Assembly: GCA_963692915.1 (NCBI GenBank)
Contig: OY843584.1
Location: forward strand, 1,568,001-1,632,000
DNA length: 64,000 nt
Direction: 5' to 3'
From: Cenarchaeum sp.
Lineage (GTDB): Archaea; Thermoproteota; Nitrososphaeria; Nitrososphaerales; Nitrosopumilaceae
Shown here in pieces: positions 20,864-30,932 of this stretch; the stretch's first letter is position 1, and each line of letters opens with the position of its first letter. The translations under genes were made by a program, and so were the position numbers. The notes below the pieces were generated by a model, which ran no database searches, had not been told where the DNA came from, and saw only the letters and a program-made list of their open reading frames with translations.

Positions 20864-22333
20864 TTATGTGCACAAAAATCGTGCACTGACCCATGGGCGC
20901 TTTGTGTATATTTTGCTAAAAATCTCCTCCATGGCAAAATCTTTAAAACAATAATTTAGCACATCGCTTTGGGACACGTGTATTCCGAGCGACTCTAGCG
21001 TGTTCTGCATGTTGGGATTAGGATCAATCACGCACAGTTTATTGTTGTCCGCGGCAATCTTGATACAATCTAGCAGTTGGTTATTGGCCACATCGCTAAA
21101 ACTATAGCCTGCAACGATAACAAGATCTGCACTTGTAATGTCACGTTGAAACTGCAGGAATATATCTTTGTGTGCGGGATTTTTTTTAATGCCATAATAA
21201 ATAAGAAGTTTATGATCCAGCGTGGCAATGGGATGTTTTAGAAATTTTGAACGTAATGTTTTACGAACATTCCTAGATGAACTGCGCCAACTCTGAACAA
21301 AATCTTTGATTTCTTTGAGCTTCTTGGAATCGATAAAAGTTTCTCCCTTTTTTAACGACCAGTTGACGCTGCCATGGAGTTTAAGCAGGAGAAATTGTTC
21401 ATTGTTTGTGTGTCCATGGTCAAATCCACAATAACATCCATTAATAAATCCATCATAATATGTACAGTTATGCATTTGTGCAAATGATTCGATAACAAGA
21501 TCATAGTTTGTTGTTGCAATGGTCAATGATATATTTTTCCTATCCAAATGCCAGAAAAAATTTTCGTAATTCAATAGTGGCGGTATGCCATGCTCAGACC
21601 ATGAACGGGGATTGAATACTAGACAACGAGAATAGACAAATCTCTCAATCAGCTGACGCACTGCGCCAATTGTTAAATATAAACAGCACATATCTGCAGA
21701 ATGCTCAAGAAAGCAACTTTTGGCATGCATCACTCTAGCATCTTGCGGATGGTGCGTTGAGTGCCGTGTGATCATTCGGCTCGTAAAAGCTTGCATGTCT
21801 TTTTTTCTAGACGCAGGAGTGACACTGTTCAATATTTTATGGATGTTATCTATGCAGGCACTGTAAGATCGGGTGATAGACTTGCACAACTCTGTCCGGT
21901 CAGGGTCTTTCAGCTTGGCACTAGAGTCTTTTATGCAGAGCCCGTGCTGATGTTCCCTGACCACGTCCTGCAGTTTATCTAGTGTCATAAAGAGATCTTC
22001 GATTGTCTGATTGCCATGATCAAAACACAGTATGCCCAATAGATTGTTGATGGTTATAATATGTTCGTGATCATGCTCACATAATTTTACACCATGAGAA
22101 AATTCCTTAATTTGCGTGTCATCGAGGCACATTTCTTGGAGCTTATCGACAAATCCACTGCTTGTTGGAACTAGAGGCGAGGAAACGCCGGCTCCGACAA
22201 ACAACACTACTCGTTTTTTTGCTGGCGCGGGGGCTTTGACACCATTCTGACCCGTTCCGGACTCTCTGCACGCCTCGCTGTTTGGGTCTACTGTGTCGCC
22301 TCGCTCGTCGTTTGGAGTTGGCCTCTTTTTCAT
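20864..22333 (-). CDS. SIR2-like (SIR2_2) NADase-domain protein
   Basis: VLFVGAGVS, TTNYDLVIE, LLKLHGSVNW, GYSFSD. Confidence 0.9.
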   Translation of the reverse strand: MKKRPTPNDERGDTVDPNSEACRESGTGQNGVKAPAPAKKRVVLFVGAGVSSPLVPTSSGFVDKLQEMCLDDTQIKEFSHGVKLCEHDHEHIITINNLLGILCFDHGNQTIEDLFMTLDKLQDVVREHQHGLCIKDSSAKLKDPDRTELCKSITRSYSACIDNIHKILNSVTPASRKKDMQAFTSRMITRHSTHHPQDARVMHAKSCFLEHSADMCCLYLTIGAVRQLIERFVYSRCLVFNPRSWSEHGIPPLLNYENFFWHLDRKNISLTIATTNYDLVIESFAQMHNCTYYDGFINGCYCGFDHGHTNNEQFLLLKLHGSVNWSLKKGETFIDSKKLKEIKDFVQSWRSSSRNVRKTLRSKFLKHPIATLDHKLLIYYGIKKNPAHKDIFLQFQRDITSADLVIVAGYSFSDVANNQLLDCIKIAADNNKLCVIDPNPNMQNTLESLGIHVSQSDVLNYCFKDFAMEEIFSKIYTKRPWVSARFLCT

Positions 22334-22399
22334 ACCGTCATCTCCATCGACACTTGCAATAATGCCTCGAACTTAAAAGTTATGAAACATTCCGCCGCC

Positions 22400-22734
22400 T
22401 GTTTTATACGGAAAGGGGCACTACCCGTTCGTGTCTTTCCCCGTCCACCACGGGTTCCCGGCCCTGACCCTCCCGTCGGCCCTCCGCCTCCTGAAGGCCA
22501 GCAGGGGCGTCTCTCCGGTCTCCACATCGAGGGCAAAGTGGAGCCTCTCCTCGCTGTGGAGCCCGATGAACTCGGCGACCCCGCCAAAGTGGCCGATCTC
22601 CGCCTCGAGCGTCTGGAAGAGCCTCCCGGCCTTGCCGTTGGTCTGGAGGGTGCCGGACCCGCCGGCCTTCCGGGGGCTCGGGATCTGCGCCCGGCAAGCC
22701 GTCTTGCCCCCGCTCCTACTTTTCGTACAAGGCA
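22400..22734 (-). mobile_element. internally deleted (non-autonomous) IS481 derivative, 335 bp
   Basis: Both ends match the IS481 at 54556-55647; retains only the QTNGKA.RLFQTLE..EERLHFALD C-terminus. Confidence 0.85.
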
Positions 22735-22819
22735 CCGGCGGGGGTCGCATCAATCTCAGAGTTGATGCCCCGCCTCATTCTCACTAAACATTTAACCCCC
22801 CCGCACCCCAATCCCCGCC

Positions 22820-23470
22820 ATGCAGTGGTTTGGGGTCATTTTCCTCCTAATTCTGTTTGTGGGCCTGGTCGGGCTCGTGGCACTGCCCGCCATGCCAAAC
22901 AGCGCCATCACCACCACCGTCTATACCATTCTAGGAATACACACAAACCCCGCACCGGTTACGTCACCACCGCCGGCACTAACGGCACCAGATCCCACAC
23001 CGTCACCACAGACACCGGCACCGTCGCCCCCCACACCCTCAATGGCACCCGATCCAACACCGGCACCACCGGCACCGTCGCCCACCACACCACCGGCACC
23101 CGTCCTAGATACAAAACCACTGCCTCCACAACAGTTTACCATACACCCAAAGTTTAAGCCGTTTGCAGAGCTTGAGCCAAAACACTACATTGATCGCTAT
23201 AACAACGAGCCGTCTTACAAACAGTGGTTTGATCAAAACTTCCCCAACATCACAATACAACAAGCTCTAGGATACGAGTCATACACACCAACACCGGCAC
23301 CCGCCACACCACCAACACCGGCACCACCTACACCCGAGCCCACACCAGCACAAACAGACAATAGCGCAATATGTGATCAGCTAGTGGCGCAGTTGTTTAA
23401 CATCAACATAACACAAGATGAGATTAAACAATTAGAGATAGACCTAACAGCAAACAACTGCGGGAGCTAG
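22820..23470 (+). CDS. membrane-anchored Pro/Thr-rich surface protein with thaumarchaeal-type repeat
   Basis: N-terminal TM, PAPSP/PDPTP linkers and HYIDRYNNEPSYKQWFDQNFP, a motif recalled from Nitrosopumilaceae surface proteins. Confidence 0.8.
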   Translation: MQWFGVIFLLILFVGLVGLVALPAMPNSAITTTVYTILGIHTNPAPVTSPPPALTAPDPTPSPQTPAPSPPTPSMAPDPTPAPPAPSPTTPPAPVLDTKPLPPQQFTIHPKFKPFAELEPKHYIDRYNNEPSYKQWFDQNFPNITIQQALGYESYTPTPAPATPPTPAPPTPEPTPAQTDNSAICDQLVAQLFNINITQDEIKQLEIDLTANNCGS

Positions 23471-24225
23471 AAACCTAGATCCACTCTATCAAAAAACCCA
23501 TTTTCTGCAAGGTGCTCTAGATGATACTTAAAGTCAATATCCGCCACTCCCCTAGCGTTACCCCACTTGTCGGTAAAGTCTCGTGTAATAGTCTCTGCGT
23601 TTCTATACGTCTCATCATCTGGACGGTTTCCATCACTCACAATATCAAAATTTATTATTCCAGCTGTGTGGAAATACTTTATCACTTTTCCAAAATCGTC
23701 AGTTGATATTATTCCCATGCCGTGAATTTGAGCCACACTCCTGATTAACATCTTGTGCCTGTGCTCTGGAAACAAGTCATCTACCGCCCTGACCGTTACC
23801 ACATGATCTGGTGCAAGCGTCACCTGCCCCGCGTCATCTGTCGCGCGACATGACACAATATGCGTGCCGTCTCCCAAATGCCAACTACCATAACTACCGC
23901 CCCCGTACCCGCGACTTCCTACAATCTCCTGCGTGTCGCCATTTATGGTGCAATGAATCTGAGTCTCCTCCACACCGTCATCAAAAACAACAAACTCCCT
24001 TCTGTCTATGCCATACCCATACTCAGCATCTCTAGCAGTAACAGACACGTCCGGCGGTGATTTTAGTATCAATGGGGGCAGATCCACCGGCACGTTGTCC
24101 CCCTTAGCTTGCGGTACGCCGTCAGCCTCTTGAGCCATGGCGGTGGGAGCCGCCACAATAAGCCCCAGAACGGCAATAAGCGCAATAGGCACCGAATTCA
24201 ACGACAGCCCCCCAAAATGGGGCAT
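23467..24225 (-). CDS. secreted protein with HYR/Ig-like domain and thaumarchaeal-type C-terminal helical repeats
   Basis: Signal peptide, GTHIVSCRATDDAG, GIISTDDF..IKYF. Confidence 0.7.
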   Translation of the reverse strand: MPHFGGLSLNSVPIALIAVLGLIVAAPTAMAQEADGVPQAKGDNVPVDLPPLILKSPPDVSVTARDAEYGYGIDRREFVVFDDGVEETQIHCTINGDTQEIVGSRGYGGGSYGSWHLGDGTHIVSCRATDDAGQVTLAPDHVVTVRAVDDLFPEHRHKMLIRSVAQIHGMGIISTDDFGKVIKYFHTAGIINFDIVSDGNRPDDETYRNAETITRDFTDKWGNARGVADIDFKYHLEHLAENGFFDRVDLGF

Positions 24226-24286
24226 ATTTAAGCGAAACACGCCACACCCTACGGCGTGGCGGAACAGGGGGCGGAAACCCATCAAT

Positions 24287-24520
24287 CTACATATTGGTCC
24301 TTCGGAGCCTGCTGATCTCATCGCGCACGCTTTTCTCATAATCATCGCGAGTCGTCCTTTTCATCGTAACCAACGTCCCCGCCTGCCCCGGATCCCGATT
24401 ATTATTCTCGTCCCACCATCGCATAGCCATCTTTACGATGTAGTCCTCAAGACCACTCGTGTAATTTTCAAGGATATACACCCTATTCTCAAGGCGGTCA
24501 TACTTCTCGTCAGTGCTCAC
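24287..24520 (-). CDS. small coiled-coil protein
   Basis: LENRVYILE..LEDYIVK resembles 31731-31979. Confidence 0.5.
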   Translation of the reverse strand: MSTDEKYDRLENRVYILENYTSGLEDYIVKMAMRWWDENNNRDPGQAGTLVTMKRTTRDDYEKSVRDEISRLRRTNM

Positions 24521-24567
24521 GCGACGGCGTGGGGAATTTGGGTATTTGAAGTGTTGGGGCGCCCCCC

Positions 24568-24660
24568 GTATGGGGTCAGCACCTAGACCGCACGCATGAC
24601 CTCGGCCATCACGCCCTTCCCCTGCCTAGGCATGAACGGGTGGAGGTGCTGACCTCATAC
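24568..24660. mobile_element. 93-bp IS66-type MITE with hybrid ends
   Basis: TIR GTATGGGGTCAGCACCT...AGGTGCTGACCTCATAC; no TSD. Confidence 0.85.
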
Positions 24661-24710
24661 AGCCAGAATTGGATGATGACATATATAGCTGGAGCCAGTA
24701 CTTGGATCAA

Positions 24711-24953
24711 ATGGCAAAAAGCGGACGGGGAAATAGCGCTGCGAACAATCGTTCCAACTCTATGAACCCAAACAACTCAGCATACGCTGCTTCGCAGGCA
24801 AACACAGCAAGCCAAACAGCGTCCTCGGGGGGACACGGCGGCATAAATGCGTCACGTAACGCGAGTGCGGATTCCCAGAATCCAAACAACCCCAAGTATG
24901 CGGCGTCTGAGGCAAATCGTGCCAAGCAACTCTCAGAGAACAGCGAGGACTAG
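24711..24953 (+). CDS. small 'NPNN' repeat protein, copy 2
   Basis: Paralog of 9901-10143. Confidence 0.75.
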   Translation: MAKSGRGNSAANNRSNSMNPNNSAYAASQANTASQTASSGGHGGINASRNASADSQNPNNPKYAASEANRAKQLSENSED

Positions 24954-25152
24954 AGTCTGGCAAGTATGGAAAACCCGTGGTCGGCCTGATGTGACCGGCC
25001 ATTTTTTTTTATTTTTGAAGGGCTTTGTCAATGAATGTGTTTCATGCGTTTCTGATCTCCAGCTCCCACGGTTGCAACACCGAACACACACAACCAATAG
25101 AGTGGCGTCATGCAGTCCCTGCGAGGCGCCGAAAATATGGCATCTATCACAC

Positions 25153-25737
25153 TCAACACGTACACGTTCCGCGCTCGCGCACGCGTTCACGCACGTGCGC
25201 AAATACCAGCTTGAGCATCTTTTTTTCGTACAGCCTACTGCCGTGCATGACACGGGCGGCAAACTCGTCATCCGTGTCGTCGAGCTCGAGATCACGCAGG
25301 GCAAACGTCGTGGCCTGGAGCCATCGAGATCCCCGCCCCCGAGCCAAGTCCACAAATATCTCAAATGCACCAGGCATTTGCCCAAACGGATCAATGGTGT
25401 CCTTTATGCCATCGGTATCGTAGATGTCAATGCTCATGTCAGTTGAGAACGCGCCATTCTCCAGAAAGTTGAACTCGTAGTGCAGCGGAACCCCCAATGC
25501 CTTGGCAATGTAGGCATGCTTTTGCAACTTGTTCTGCGCCTCAAAGGTGGTGAGGAGATCGCCCTCTAGAAGGCCTGCCTGCTGCAGACGCTCGATCAGG
25601 CTGGCCAGCATTACAATGTTGCTTGGTTGCTCCAACGCAACGACTTTGGCGGTGGCCGGCTCCGGCATAGACGATTGCGCGTCATTCACGCCGTCCCTTA
25701 TGGTAGCGAACAGTGACTCGACCTCTTTTTGCTCCAT
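25153..25737 (-). CDS. YwgA/Panacea-like protein, copy 3 (start uncertain)
   Basis: C-terminal part nearly identical to 2974-3459 (WLQATTFALRDL.LDDTDDEFAARVMHGSR). Confidence 0.7.
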   Translation of the reverse strand: MEQKEVESLFATIRDGVNDAQSSMPEPATAKVVALEQPSNIVMLASLIERLQQAGLLEGDLLTTFEAQNKLQKHAYIAKALGVPLHYEFNFLENGAFSTDMSIDIYDTDGIKDTIDPFGQMPGAFEIFVDLARGRGSRWLQATTFALRDLELDDTDDEFAARVMHGSRLYEKKMLKLVFAHVRERVRERGTCTC

Positions 25738-25990
25738 TGCGAGGAGCCCCACAATTGGCACACAAAAGTCCGCATTGTGTGCCAAAGTAATGGCATTGGC
25801 ATACATGAAATTACCTGTGCTGCGCATATTTTCACCATTGCCCAATTGTGCGCCTTTTAGGATGGGGGACTTGCAAAAGTGCCGTACGTATTGTTGCCCA
25901 CTAGACGATCTCCGCCGCATACGCCTGTCCTTGGGAGACATGGGTCAAAATAATGGCCATTTGCTATTAAATATTTGTTGAAAACCGCGG

Positions 25991-26105
25991 GTATGGAGCC
26001 GACACCTAGACCGCACGCATGACCTCCACGATCCCTCCCGGCGACGGTAAACCTCGTGACCTGGAGCCCACTCTGGAGGTAATCGCAATCAGTGTTGCCC
26101 TATAC
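25991..26105. mobile_element. degenerate IS66-type MITE
   Basis: GTATGGAGCCGACACCTAGACCGCACGCATGACCTC ... GTGTTGCCCTATAC. Confidence 0.6.
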
Positions 26106-26366
26106 CCTGTCTACGGTATATCGGCCGGGGTTGTCCTTTTTCATCTGCTTTTGCCGATCCGAAAGTTGGGCATCGCCGGTCTTTACCTCGTGATACCCGT
26201 CCTTGACGCCGTTCCTGCAGCCCTTGGCATAAAAGTCCGAGCCATCGCCTGTTGGCTCCACGCTCTCACAATTGTCCCTGAGGCGCTTTTCAACCTGCCT
26301 CTCGCCCTCTTTGCCGCGTTCGCTGTTCTCTCTGATGGTGCGTTTCTTATCACGCGCTGATGACAT
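26100..26366 (-). CDS. minimal PD-(D/E)xK (REase-fold) nuclease
   Basis: GE..V..L...GSDFYA...HEVKTG..LS..Q, with a complete D..ExK motif; the stop codon lies inside the MITE end. Confidence 0.7.
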   Translation of the reverse strand: MSSARDKKRTIRENSERGKEGERQVEKRLRDNCESVEPTGDGSDFYAKGCRNGVKDGYHEVKTGDAQLSDRQKQMKKDNPGRYTVDRV

Positions 26367-26570
26367 GGGCAGATATGCGACCATTCTATATATTAACCTA
26401 CCTCAGATGGCGTGCCTGGCCACGCGTCCAAAACGTGTCTTGCAAGGGGAGAATTGATGTGTCTGGCATACTCGGCTCCCATCCTCTATCTGGGTTCGCG
26501 CAGAGTCTATTACGACCGTGAGCGCCTTTGGCTGGCAGTTGCTGAAAGATGGAAGCTTGAGGTCTCCGCA

Positions 26571-26684
26571 GTATGAGGCCAGCACCTAGGCCGTGCGCAT
26601 GACCTCCTCGGCCACGCCCTTCCTCACGGTCTTCCACGCGAGGAAGCACGTCAGGATGGGCGGACAGGTGCGCTGACCTCATGC
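26571..26684. mobile_element. 114-bp IS66-type MITE
   Basis: GTATGAGGCCAGCACC...GCGCTGACCTCATGC. Confidence 0.8.
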
Positions 26685-26717
26685 CTGTTGGCCTGTCAAC
26701 GATTTAAATAATCAACC

Positions 26718-27281
26718 TTGGCTAACGCGTCTGTGAAAGAGCGATCTGGATATAACTGGGAGGACATATTGTCCACACGCTCAGCCAAGCGTGCCAAGAT
26801 GTTCATACAATCTGCTTTTGAGCGTAAACCTGACAGGATTATGCCTTTTGATGCAAAAGAAGCCAATTCCATGCTCGCGTACGCTATCAAACAAGCCTCA
26901 AAGAGCCCAAACAGTGTTGGCGAGCACATTCATCTGGGACTCCTCCTGACCTATGTTGGATATTACCGGAGGGCCGTTGAGGCCTTTGATCAGGTGATTG
27001 AGCTTGATCCCGATTATGCAGATGCTCATTCTTATCGCGGCACTGCTTTTTTCGAGCTGGGTTGCGACTCGGCCGCGCTTGCCGCATTCGAGCGTGCCAT
27101 ACGGGCATCCCACGGCAGCAATGCTGCTTATTTTAATCTGGCTTTGGCCTTGGCTCTTCTTGACCGCACACCTGACGCCAAAGAACGGCTACAATCCATG
27201 CTTTCGAACAAGCCACGCGATACCGCCTTGTTATTTCTTCAATGTGATATCCGTCGTGCAATGGAAATTCGAGGATGGTGA
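26718..27281 (+). CDS. small TPR protein
   Basis: 3-4 TPR units (AVEAFDQVIELDPDYADAH). Confidence 0.75.
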   Translation: MANASVKERSGYNWEDILSTRSAKRAKMFIQSAFERKPDRIMPFDAKEANSMLAYAIKQASKSPNSVGEHIHLGLLLTYVGYYRRAVEAFDQVIELDPDYADAHSYRGTAFFELGCDSAALAAFERAIRASHGSNAAYFNLALALALLDRTPDAKERLQSMLSNKPRDTALLFLQCDIRRAMEIRGW

Positions 27282-27294
27282 ATCTGATCTGGGG

Positions 27295-27801
27295 TTGGCG
27301 TTTAGGGAACTAGACGACACTACCCGCAAATACATGATAAAGGCGCTAGATGAAGACGAGTCTAACGGCCTCATTGTGTCTAAACTGATGACTGACGTCG
27401 GCCTCGCGATGCTTCCTAGTGCACTCCGAGACTCGATTTTGCGTGGAGATGAAAATACGCTTGCGTCCAGCATGAGAGACTTTGAGTTTTGGCTGCCCCA
27501 TGATGCGGCAGGTAAAACTGTCAACGCATTGTCTAGCAGCAAACGCCTTGCCATGACTGAGTTTAGCACAATGTACACTAGGGGTCTGTGCCTTAGGCTA
27601 AAGGACGACGGAGTGTCCAAGTGTCGCGTGTATCGTGCAGGATACGCCAAAAATCCCCGCTGCGAGTGTGCCTCACGAGAAGGCACGCTTGTTGACGTGG
27701 ACACATTGCTTGCAAACCATAGGCAGTATGACAGTCCTGGCCCGAGAATACCGTTTGGGCCAAACTGCCACCACTCCATATGTAGAGAGTCTGATGATTG
27801 A
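27295..27801 (+). CDS. conserved hypothetical protein (LD..TRKYM ... RGLC ... VYRA ... GPNCHHS); TTG start inferred
   Basis: C-terminal part of ORF 26998-27801, which follows the TPR gene directly. Confidence 0.6.
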   Translation: MAFRELDDTTRKYMIKALDEDESNGLIVSKLMTDVGLAMLPSALRDSILRGDENTLASSMRDFEFWLPHDAAGKTVNALSSSKRLAMTEFSTMYTRGLCLRLKDDGVSKCRVYRAGYAKNPRCECASREGTLVDVDTLLANHRQYDSPGPRIPFGPNCHHSICRESDD

Positions 27802-27984
27802 CGGTGTTTGAGCCGACCCTGCACTTCAACACATGTGTGAATTTTTGGTCAAGACCTAGCTTTAAACTCTGCCTTTCTCTTTAATCCCCAGGCCTCAACA
27901 ATGCCGTGTATAGCTGTGACGTGCCACACTGTGGAGCACTACTCGCCAAAGTTTGTGGGCACGCTACCTCCCACCCCTGCCCCA

Positions 27985-29319
27985 TCACGCATACGGCGTC
28001 TCCAGCGCCTTTATGACGAGCTCCATCGTGGGTGGATGGACCGGTGACGCACTAGACGCGCTCTTTACCAGTGCGCACCGATAGTGGCGACCCATGTCCC
28101 TTGCGATGAGCACGCCGCCTAGCCTCTCATTTGAGCCAATCCTTGCGCTCAGCTCGCCCAAAAAGTCGACGTCATCGACATAGTCGCGCGGGTCCTCGAT
28201 TATGAGCAGCGACTGGCGCGAGCCAAAGTACCCTATCTGGCTCTTGGAGAGGACCTTGCGCAACAGCCTCCTGCGCGAGTTTGTGTGGACCATCTGCCCA
28301 AACTCCATGGCCGCCACATCGCGCGACGTGTATGCCTCGATATAGCAGCCACGAACCCGAAAGTCGGCCCTCTTGCCTGCCTCCATGGCCGGCCCCAGCT
28401 CTATCTCCGGGGTCTGGGCCGCAAGATGGACATAGAGGCGCATCTCTAGGGCGGACTGGAGGAATTCTCTTCCGCACAGGCCGTCTCTCCAGGAGGAGAG
28501 GTCTTTTTTTGCGTAAACTGTCGTGTTCCCTGATTCTATCATGTTGACCATCGACTCTAGGGTGTCTAGCGTGTCTGTCTGGGCGTTTTTCTTCTGTTGG
28601 GATGACATTGCCGCCGATGTGCAATAGACGATATCTGCCCTCCTTTTTAGCAGGTTTATGATCTTTTTTGGGGATAGCCCCAGAAATTCATGCAGGTGCG
28701 GATAGTGGGATTTCAGCCATGGCTCTAGCGTTTTTGCGGGCTCTAGGTATCTCTTTGCGTAAATGTCGCGCGAAATGTCCAGTGCCCTCTGAAACTCGTC
28801 GGCCTTGCCATTGCGCGTGTCAATGTCGATATCGAGTGAACTGGCCCTTTTTTCCAGGAGGTTTAGGAACTTTGGCGCCAGGCTCCTGTGGGCTTTTGGG
28901 TCTTGGCTCGTGATGATTCTGCTGATTGTGCAGTTGATGAGATATTCCACTAGAACGCTCTTTACTGTTTTCTGCCCTTCTTTCTTGTCAAGGTCTAGCA
29001 GGTCGCCGCACACCTCGTACATTTCGTCATATCTCTTGCGCTGCATGTATACCCTGTCGAGTATGGCCATGGCGAGGCTGTAATTTACATGGCGTGTCCT
29101 GATCATGCCGATAATGCCTGCCCTGAGCGCCCGCGTTGGGCGGTTTTTTTGGCTGATCTGGAGGTTTAGCGTGTCTAGTCTATGCCATGCCGCTGCCAGG
29201 CCGTCATTGCCGTTTGCCGCCCTGTCGCATATAAGCTGCAGCTCCTCGAGAATGACCCTGTCGTGGGATGTCAAGGCCTTTGGGTTCATCGGTGTTCCGG
29301 GACTGGCCTTTGGCTCCAT
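27985..29319 (-). CDS. helical N-domain plus C-terminal PD-(D/E)xK-like nuclease
   Basis: EMRLYVHL..IEL.P...KRADFRV..CYIEAY; close paralog at 44643. Confidence 0.75.
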   Translation of the reverse strand: MEPKASPGTPMNPKALTSHDRVILEELQLICDRAANGNDGLAAAWHRLDTLNLQISQKNRPTRALRAGIIGMIRTRHVNYSLAMAILDRVYMQRKRYDEMYEVCGDLLDLDKKEGQKTVKSVLVEYLINCTISRIITSQDPKAHRSLAPKFLNLLEKRASSLDIDIDTRNGKADEFQRALDISRDIYAKRYLEPAKTLEPWLKSHYPHLHEFLGLSPKKIINLLKRRADIVYCTSAAMSSQQKKNAQTDTLDTLESMVNMIESGNTTVYAKKDLSSWRDGLCGREFLQSALEMRLYVHLAAQTPEIELGPAMEAGKRADFRVRGCYIEAYTSRDVAAMEFGQMVHTNSRRRLLRKVLSKSQIGYFGSRQSLLIIEDPRDYVDDVDFLGELSARIGSNERLGGVLIARDMGRHYRCALVKSASSASPVHPPTMELVIKALETPYA

Positions 29320-29730
29320 GTGCCATGGTGGTTATGGGGGCGTATATTGAACGTTGCAGTGTGATGGCCTTTGGGTGCGGTTTGGCGGCTATGGCGCCCA
29401 ACGGTCGTGGCGTGCTGCGAGATCCCGCGTTTGCCCACGGCCGTTCATGGCGCACAGGGAAAGTTTGATCATGGCACGAGCCCTTGCCCGTCAGTATGGG
29501 CGCTGACCCCATTACCACGGTGGCGAGGCAGTACCCTGAATTGGGGCTGTGTTTCACGCGGCAGCAGTTGTGTGCGGCCCATGGGTGGCAAGTCGAGCCG
29601 GGCCTCGGGCCCCGCCGCCCTTGCGGGGTGGTCAGGACCGCAGCCCCCATTTCACCGCTGCTGTGGCAGGCGGCAACAGGTCAGGCCACAGGACAATGGC
29701 ATCCGCAGCATCAGCATCACGCCTGTCGCA

Positions 29731-29844
29731 GTATGAGGCCAGCACCCCATGGCCCGCTCATGCCTAGACAGGCGCGAAAGCGGCAAGTAGATCGACAGGA
29801 TACGCCTATTTGGTCAAATGAGCAGAAGGGTGCTGACCTCACGC
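29731..29844. mobile_element. 114-bp IS66-type MITE
   Basis: Same internal sequence as 20046; 8-bp TSD CTGTCGCA on both sides. Confidence 0.9.
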
Positions 29845-29971
29845 CTGTCGCATGGGCCAATGCCTAAATAAAGAGTGCCCCGTGCCTTGGGGCAGTCGTG
29901 TGGCGCTTACGAGCCTCCACAGGCGAGCCGGTTCTGGCTTCGCGGCTCTTGCCGGGTGGCCAGGACCGCAT

Positions 29972-30715
29972 TCATCTATCGACTGTGCCATAAGCCATGT
30001 GGGAGATCTTTGGCTCTAGGAGGGCACACCATCGCGCAAATGGGCCTGCGTCATTTTTCTTGCTGACCCTGGCCACGATATATGCAATCACATCTGCCAG
30101 CTGGACCAGATTGCAGGATCGGGAGCCCACAAACATCGGCCTGGGAATCGCAGCCTCCTCTTCAGGATTGCCGGCATTCACAAGTGGGCGCAGGGCCTGC
30201 ACAACTGTCCTGTTCACGGTCCTGTTAGTCGCGTCATCGTACCTGTCAAGCAGGATCATGTTGACCGGATCAAAAGAGCGCATGAGGGCCCTGCAAAGCA
30301 TGCTAGAGGCGCCATTCCAGGACTTTTCCACCGTGTTTGCCGGACTGGACGCGCTATTGGCGGGCCGCTTGTCCATTATGACAACGTTGATTATGGCATC
30401 CATGTCTAGCACAATGCCCACAATGTCATCGAAAATGGCATTAATGCCCTCATTGACAAGGGTCATGTCCTTCACAAGCCAAAATAGGAGATTTTTTAGG
30501 GCGTGTGCGTGAAATTCGGCCCGCTCAAGGTTATCCTCGCCAAAGTGCCTTATTTTTAGCTCTTGAATGAGCACACCAACCCTCCGCGCCTCCCCTGCAT
30601 CCATCGTGATCGTGACTATGATATAGTGGGGCGTGTCTGCTATGGCCTTCTCCGAGCGCGACGGGTTGCCGGAGCTGTCGCCGAACGTGAGCAGGACGCC
30701 TGTGCAGGGTTTCAT
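29972..30715 (-). CDS. DUF3800-family protein
   Basis: N-terminal FGDSSG, EFHA, C-terminal S..VQLADVIAY. Confidence 0.75.
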   Translation of the reverse strand: MKPCTGVLLTFGDSSGNPSRSEKAIADTPHYIIVTITMDAGEARRVGVLIQELKIRHFGEDNLERAEFHAHALKNLLFWLVKDMTLVNEGINAIFDDIVGIVLDMDAIINVVIMDKRPANSASSPANTVEKSWNGASSMLCRALMRSFDPVNMILLDRYDDATNRTVNRTVVQALRPLVNAGNPEEEAAIPRPMFVGSRSCNLVQLADVIAYIVARVSKKNDAGPFARWCALLEPKISHMAYGTVDR

Positions 30716-30932
30716 TGCGGCCGCTGCGCGATCATGCCCCTTAAAATGGTTAGATATGGGCAGCGATCATCCGGGGCGCCTGACATTGGCGGATCATAGT
30801 TTAGGGCGAGCCGTCCTCGTGGGCGCCATGTCCTGTGCGTAAAGTGGGAGCGGGGGCAAGATGGCCTGCAGGGCGCAGATTCAGGATCCCCGGGAGGTTG
30901 CCTGTCCAATAGTCCCACACTATGCCATGTCC

